From: an uncultured Dehalococcoidia bacterium
GTDB lineage: Bacteria; Chloroflexota; Dehalococcoidia; Lucifugimonadales; UBA3495
DNA: 64,000 nucleotides
Reading direction: 5' to 3'
Assembly: GCA_950072105.1 (NCBI GenBank)
Contig: CATMOE010000004.1
Coordinates: 69,464-133,463, forward strand
Shown here: positions 59,624-64,000 of the stretch, piece after piece
How the letters are laid out: each line of letters starts with the position of its first letter
How positions within the stretch are numbered: the first letter of the stretch is position 1
Made by a program: the position numbers and the translations under genes
Notes under the pieces: generated by a model
Database searches by the model: none
Seen by the model: only the letters and a program-made list of their open reading frames with translations
Told to the model about the DNA's origin: nothing

Positions 59624-60154
59624 TTATTGACCGTCGGTAGGGATCTGCAGCCCCAGGCCGGCTTTGATGTATCGTTTCATGTTCTCTACGTAGATACCGG
59701 TGGGGTCTTCCAACCGCTCACGGTGTTCCGCGGTCAGGGGGCGCACCTTGCCTGGCACTCCCAGGACCAGAGAGTTGTCTGGAATCACGGCGTCGGCCAG
59801 CACCAACGCCGACGCGCCGATGAGCACGTAGTTGCCGACTTTGGCGCTCTCCAGAATGGCGGCGTTCATGCCGATGAGCACGTTGTTGCCGACGATGCCG
59901 CCATGGATAACTGCTCCGTGGGTCATAAGAACATTGTCGCCCAACTCCAGATAGTCGTCGGTATGCAGGACGCAGTTATCCTGGATAGAGCAGGCTTTTC
60001 CGATGATTATCTTGCCGTAGTCGCCTCGAATCACGGCGCCCGGCCAGATGCTGGTGTCCTCGCCGATCTCAACGTCGCCGACTATATAAGCAGTCTCACT
60101 GACGAAACAGGAGGGATGAATCTTTGGAGTTTTTCCATCGAGGCTGCGAATCAC
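59624..60154 (-). CDS. Gamma carbonic anhydrase family (YrdA/CaiE/PaaY-like) hexapeptide protein
   Basis: IVGDVEIG..SIWPGAVIRGD, IQDNCVLH, H.AVIHG, GVPGK; GTG start after GGAGGT. Confidence 0.9.
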   Translation of the reverse strand: MIRSLDGKTPKIHPSCFVSETAYIVGDVEIGEDTSIWPGAVIRGDYGKIIIGKACSIQDNCVLHTDDYLELGDNVLMTHGAVIHGGIVGNNVLIGMNAAILESAKVGNYVLIGASALVLADAVIPDNSLVLGVPGKVRPLTAEHRERLEDPTGIYVENMKRYIKAGLGLQIPTDGQ

Positions 60155-60241
60155 GGGGACCTCCGGTGTTGCTGATTGGGCCGTTGCCCTTCCGGTAAAA
60201 GGATACACGGTGACTGGGACTATCGCCAGGGGAATTTTCGA

Positions 60242-60300
60242 GCAGTCAGCTATCAGCGGTCAGGGGAAATCCCCCCAACCCCCCTTTACGAAAGGGGGGC
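60242..60300. repeat. Composite repeat: heptamer half-element fused to a family A palindrome
   Basis: gcagtcagctatcagcggtcagggg directly followed by aatccccccaacccccctttacgaaaggggggc. Confidence 0.65.
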
Positions 60301-60326
60301 GAGACACGTTTTACGATTGAGGACTT

Positions 60327-60914
60327 TTATATGCCGAAGACTTGGGTGAGCCAGGCTAGGCTGTATTTGCAGGCGTAGGCGAAGGTGATGAACTTGATGG
60401 TCTTGCCCACCCAAACTATGCTCAGGAAGCTCCAAAGAGGGTACCGAAGGGCGCCGGCCGCGATGCCGATGATGTCGAAGATGGGGTTGGGCACTAGCGA
60501 AACCAAGAACAAGGGAAGCCAGCCCCGGCGGCGTACCAAGGGCTCCAGCCGATTGTATAGGCGAGACCTCCGGGCCATGTCTCGTCCGCTATAACCCAGA
60601 AAGTACCCTGTTAGCTCGCCCACACTCTCGCTGGTCCCGGCGATGAGACCCAGAAGCACCGGATTCAGGAATACGCTACCGGCGCATACGGCTCCCAAGG
60701 CGGGCACCGGAATTATCAGACCGGCGCTGGCGATCAGTGATGCCAGGGCCACTCCGCCGTAGCCCGCCTGAGCTGGAGTTAATTGATCCCGCAGTAAAAG
60801 AGCGGTCGCCGAGGCGGCCAGGACCGCTAGGATTATCCCGATCCGAATTAGGGTGCTGGGATCACGCCAATCCCACCGGGCGGGCGCGGAAAGGACCCGG
60901 ACCAAGCTGTTCAT
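60327..60914 (-). CDS. VTT/DedA (SNARE-associated) membrane protein
   Basis: IPVP, GELTGYFLGYSG, PNPIFDIIGIAAG, GKTIK. Confidence 0.82.
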   Translation of the reverse strand: MNSLVRVLSAPARWDWRDPSTLIRIGIILAVLAASATALLLRDQLTPAQAGYGGVALASLIASAGLIIPVPALGAVCAGSVFLNPVLLGLIAGTSESVGELTGYFLGYSGRDMARRSRLYNRLEPLVRRRGWLPLFLVSLVPNPIFDIIGIAAGALRYPLWSFLSIVWVGKTIKFITFAYACKYSLAWLTQVFGI

Positions 60915-61738
60915 AGAGAAACCGGCCCAGGGATGGACCCGCATTGGTCATCCAGGCCGCCCTGAAGAAATAATGTCAACAGGGCGTTGAACTCGTCGGC
61001 TTTTTCCATGTGGGGCCAATGCCCGCACTGAGGGAAGGTGCGTACTAAACATCGGGGGATCGTGTCTTTTATCCAGCCAGCGTGGCTTACCGGGATGACA
61101 ATGTCTTCTTCTCCCCAGAGGCACATCAGAGGAGAAGACACTTGAGGCAATCGATCAAGAATCCGCCATCGACGGCGAAGCCCCAGGAGGTTAATGCTGG
61201 AGCGGATAGAATGGAGGGTGCAACTGGTGGAGCCGGGCAAAAACTGGACACGGGCCATTTCGGTCAGCACCTCGTCGGGTATCGAAGACGGCTCATGAAA
61301 AACTCGCTTGTTGATACCCATCAGGCTGTATATCCAGCGTTGGAAGAGGAACTCCCCCAAACCCGGCACAGACATCAAACGTAACACCCAGGAAACCTGG
61401 CGGCCGATTCCTCCGGGAGCGACCAGCGCGGCCACAAGTCCTCCGGCTGAGTTACCCACCAACGAAGCTCTCTCCACCCCCAAGGCGCGGAGAAACTGTC
61501 CGGTGAAATCGACGGCGTTGCGGGGTCCATAGTCCAAATCATCTGGCTTTTCAGAGTCACCGTGGCCGGGCATGTCTGGGGCTAGAACGGTGAATCCCGC
61601 GTTGGCCAGGGGCTCAAGATTCCGCCGCCAAGTGTCCAGGGACGAACCCAATCCGTGCAACAGCAACACCACCGGCCCTTGCCCGGCCTGCACGTAGTGG
61701 ATTTTGACCCCGTTAAGGGCGATTGTCTTGTGCTCCAA
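60911..61738 (-). CDS. Alpha/beta fold hydrolase with an apparent internal in-frame deletion
   Basis: LLHGLG, DMPGHGDS, GNSAGG, WGEED, GHWPHME; the segment after the nucleophile elbow is unusually short. Confidence 0.75.
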   Translation of the reverse strand: MEHKTIALNGVKIHYVQAGQGPVVLLLHGLGSSLDTWRRNLEPLANAGFTVLAPDMPGHGDSEKPDDLDYGPRNAVDFTGQFLRALGVERASLVGNSAGGLVAALVAPGGIGRQVSWVLRLMSVPGLGEFLFQRWIYSLMGINKRVFHEPSSIPDEVLTEMARVQFLPGSTSCTLHSIRSSINLLGLRRRWRILDRLPQVSSPLMCLWGEEDIVIPVSHAGWIKDTIPRCLVRTFPQCGHWPHMEKADEFNALLTLFLQGGLDDQCGSIPGPVSL

Positions 61739-61775
61739 AAGGTTCCCCGGCCGGCGTATGGCCTCACGAATTACT

Positions 61776-62798
61776 CTACATCGCCGAATATCCTCGACAT
61801 TTCCTACTCACGATCGCTTTTCTGGCCCGAGCCCGGCTTGGTACCAGTTGCCTGGATCCCCCCTTCCTCGGAAGGGCCGGGATGACGGACCGGTAATCTC
61901 GACGGCTTTGGGTACGTTGCCCATCGATGCCATCGCGAACACCTTTGGGAATGATGCTGGCCCACTCCGGGTCTTCGGTTATATTCTCCGAGGGGACCTG
62001 GCGCGTTAGCTCACTGATAAAAAACGGATTGCCATCGGTCCGCTCATGCATGACTCCCGCGGCTTCGGGGGTTAGGGTGATTCCCACATTACCCTGGACG
62101 AATTCCGTTACTTCTTGTTGGGTAAGTCCTTGTAGTTGGACCCTGTAGAATAGCTTCTCCCGAACAAGAGCCCCAAGGGTCTGGGAAAGTGGATGTCGCC
62201 TGGAAACTTCGACGTCCCGGTAAGCACCAACCAGCAAGATGCGGCTGGTCTCGATTTCGCGGGCTACAAACTCTAAAAGTAGTAAGGATGACTGGTCGGC
62301 CCAATGGAGGTCGTCCAGGACCAGCATGAGGGGCTGACGATGCGCCGCGTTCTTCAGGAAGGTGGTGATGGAGTCGAAAAGCCGGAAACGGGCTTGCTCC
62401 GGCTCCAGGCTCGGAGGCGTTGTCAATTCCTGTAGCTTGCCCCGAATCTCGGGAACTATCTCGGCAATGTAGGAGGCGCCAGGACCCATATCTGCGGCAA
62501 GTTGTTCGGTGCTTGCCTGTTCAATGTACGACCGCATGGTCTGGACCCAGGCCCAGTAGGGCGGCGTCCCCAGTTCTTCGTAGCACCGGCCCCAGTGGAC
62601 CTGCGTCCCACGCCCTTCTGCCATCATGGCTAACTCTTGGGCGGTGCGGGTCTTGCCGATTCCCGGTTCTCCGGCAAGCATGGCCAGACGTCCTTGGCCA
62701 GACATGGCATCATCCAAGGCCGCACTGAGCTCGGCCAACTCCTGTTGACGGCCCACGAAAACACGGCTTATGTTGCGGTTCAGATGAGAATGGACCAT
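61776..62798 (-). pseudogene. Truncated AAA_16/STAND ATPase (N-terminal part only)
   Basis: FVGRQQEL, GEPGIGKT, LDDLHWAD, TDGNPFF; recognisable similarity ends at IIPKGVRD (~61930) with no TPR or HTH domains. Confidence 0.65.
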
Positions 62799-63118
62799 GC
62801 TTGTAGGGTCCGGTGGGTTGGGTATGGAGGAATACTACGTCGGAGGCAACAGGTTGTCCAGAGGGAATTCGATCACATAAACTCAGAACATGATTGGTAA
62901 GCCGCGCTCCACGATGGCAGTCCTCTGAGGCGTAGCTGTATTGAGTGTGAAATTAGGAGCACCAAAAGGACTTGGTTTCCGTGCGGTGGCAACTGGAACG
63001 AGAAATGAGGAAACCAGTCGAGTCATGAGAGATTGGACCTAACCTGCTTCTCACAGAGGGTTGTCTAGCCGAATGCGGCCCGGTAGGCTTCTTCCACTGG
63101 GTAGTTGTAAGTAACAGC

Positions 63119-63478
63119 CTATTCGGGACTTGCCACGCAGAACTCATTTCCTTCTGGATCGGCCATCACGGTCCATGTTCCATACGGCTCGTCGAATTGC
63201 TCGATTCGACTTGCACCCAGCCCTACTAAACGCTCGACATCGGCCTCCATCGTTGTTCCTGAAGGTTCGACGTCCAGGTGCAAGCGGTTCTTAACCGTTT
63301 TGCCTTCTGGGACTTTGATGAACGCTAGACGGGGCAGGTGGCCGTCGGCCGCTTGGGACAGTGCAGCGTCAAAGTTGTCCCAGTTGACGATCTCGTAGCC
63401 CAAGGCCGCACTCCAGAACAGGGCCAGCGCCTGTGGGTCATGGCAGTCAAAGGTTATGTACTTGATCACCGACGTCAA
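63119..63478 (-). CDS. VOC/glyoxalase-like domain protein
   Basis: ITFDCHDP..LA.FW, KTVKNRLHLD, WTVMADPEGNEFC. Confidence 0.9.
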   Translation of the reverse strand: MTSVIKYITFDCHDPQALALFWSAALGYEIVNWDNFDAALSQAADGHLPRLAFIKVPEGKTVKNRLHLDVEPSGTTMEADVERLVGLGASRIEQFDEPYGTWTVMADPEGNEFCVASPE

Positions 63479-63654
63479 TGAACTTCTCCCTCTTTAGGTT
63501 CCAACACGGTTATCGGAAAGCGGCGGTTTGTCACCTTAGACCTTTCCGGACTTTGAAAACAGGAAAAGATGAAAGCTTAAGCTGACATACACTCGAAAGT
63601 GAGACGGTCGCCTTCCGGATTGATAGGCTGGGTGCCGATCCCCTTCCACACTTT

Positions 63655-63883
63655 TTACCCCGATTGCTTCTCCCACAAGGCTTCCAGGACGGCCCCCGGA
63701 GACATGGGCAGAGAATTCATGCGCACGCCTATGGCGTTGTGGATCGCGTTGGCAACGGCCGGCACCGGTGGGATTATCGAGACCTCCCCCACACCTCTAA
63801 CGCCGGTAGGATGGCCCGGATTCGGCACCTCCACTAGTTGGGTGTCAATCATAGGCAGGTCGATGCTGAGCGGCATGCGGTAG
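63655..63883 (-). pseudogene. 3' fragment of a xanthine dehydrogenase/CoxL-family molybdopterin-binding subunit, interrupted by an IS
   Basis: YRMP..IDLP, GVRGVGE, PAVANAI.NAIGVR...LPMSP; similarity stops at 63883. Confidence 0.85.
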
Positions 63884-64000
63884 TGAGGTGGTCTGGGAAA
63901 TTTGAACAGGTAGCTAAGAGAGGGTCCCGCTCCTAGAATTGCAAAAAAGGAGCAGGACATGAAACAGATACGGAAGAAACACAGCCCAGCCTTCAAAGCC
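63884..64000 (+). mobile_element. IS3-family insertion sequence left end with start of transposase OrfA (63959->)
   Basis: Begins TG (tgaggtggtctgggaaatttgaaca) exactly where the interrupted gene stops; RBS AAGGAG then MKQIRKKHSPAFKA, a typical IS3 OrfA HTH start. Confidence 0.75.

Noticed and set aside
59294..60175. Long antisense ORFs (this one, 57522..58286, 26073..26756, 15999..16643 and similar)
   Set aside because: Shadow frames of well-supported genes in high-GC DNA, with no protein motifs.
62800..63118. Intergenic stretch as a possible ncRNA or riboswitch
   Set aside because: No convincing stems or known motif found by eye.
63884..63996. N-terminal part of track ORF 63655..63996 as real coding sequence
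   Set aside because: It is the reverse strand of the IS end fused by chance to the interrupted gene fragment.

Overview
High-GC bacterial chromosome segment, most consistent with Chloroflexota/Dehalococcoidia (SAR202-like). This is inferred from gene content: archaellin, fused accD-accA, N-terminally extended GreA and a T-box-controlled ilvBNC-leuA operon. Most of the window is housekeeping and catabolic: ilvBNC-leuA, metG, argS, hisS, hisF/hisIE, gmk, lipA, tyrA, otsAB, an ABC exporter pair, and an amidase/deacetylase cluster. The ORF track misses or splits several features: (i) two probable selenoproteins with in-frame UGA at the catalytic Cys position (a peroxiredoxin, TxxU, and a DsbA/FrnE protein, UPWC); (ii) a ~165-nt rod-shaped 6S-like RNA directly upstream of a GreA with a recombinase core-binding-like N-terminal domain; (iii) a Leu T-box plus a second, hairpin-encoded leader ORF in front of leuA; (iv) an orphan archaellin; (v) a PadR cassette bracketed by a 34-bp duplication of the leuA 3' end; (vi) a 50-aa DUF1059-like gene; (vii) several families of REP-like palindromes. 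The right-hand ~14 kb holds decaying accessory genes (broken LamG lipoprotein, truncated STAND ATPase, damaged hydrolase and ferritin-like genes) and ends in an IS3-like element inserted into a molybdopterin oxidoreductase gene. No tRNA, rRNA or CRISPR array was seen. All family calls come from motif recognition by eye; no searches were run.
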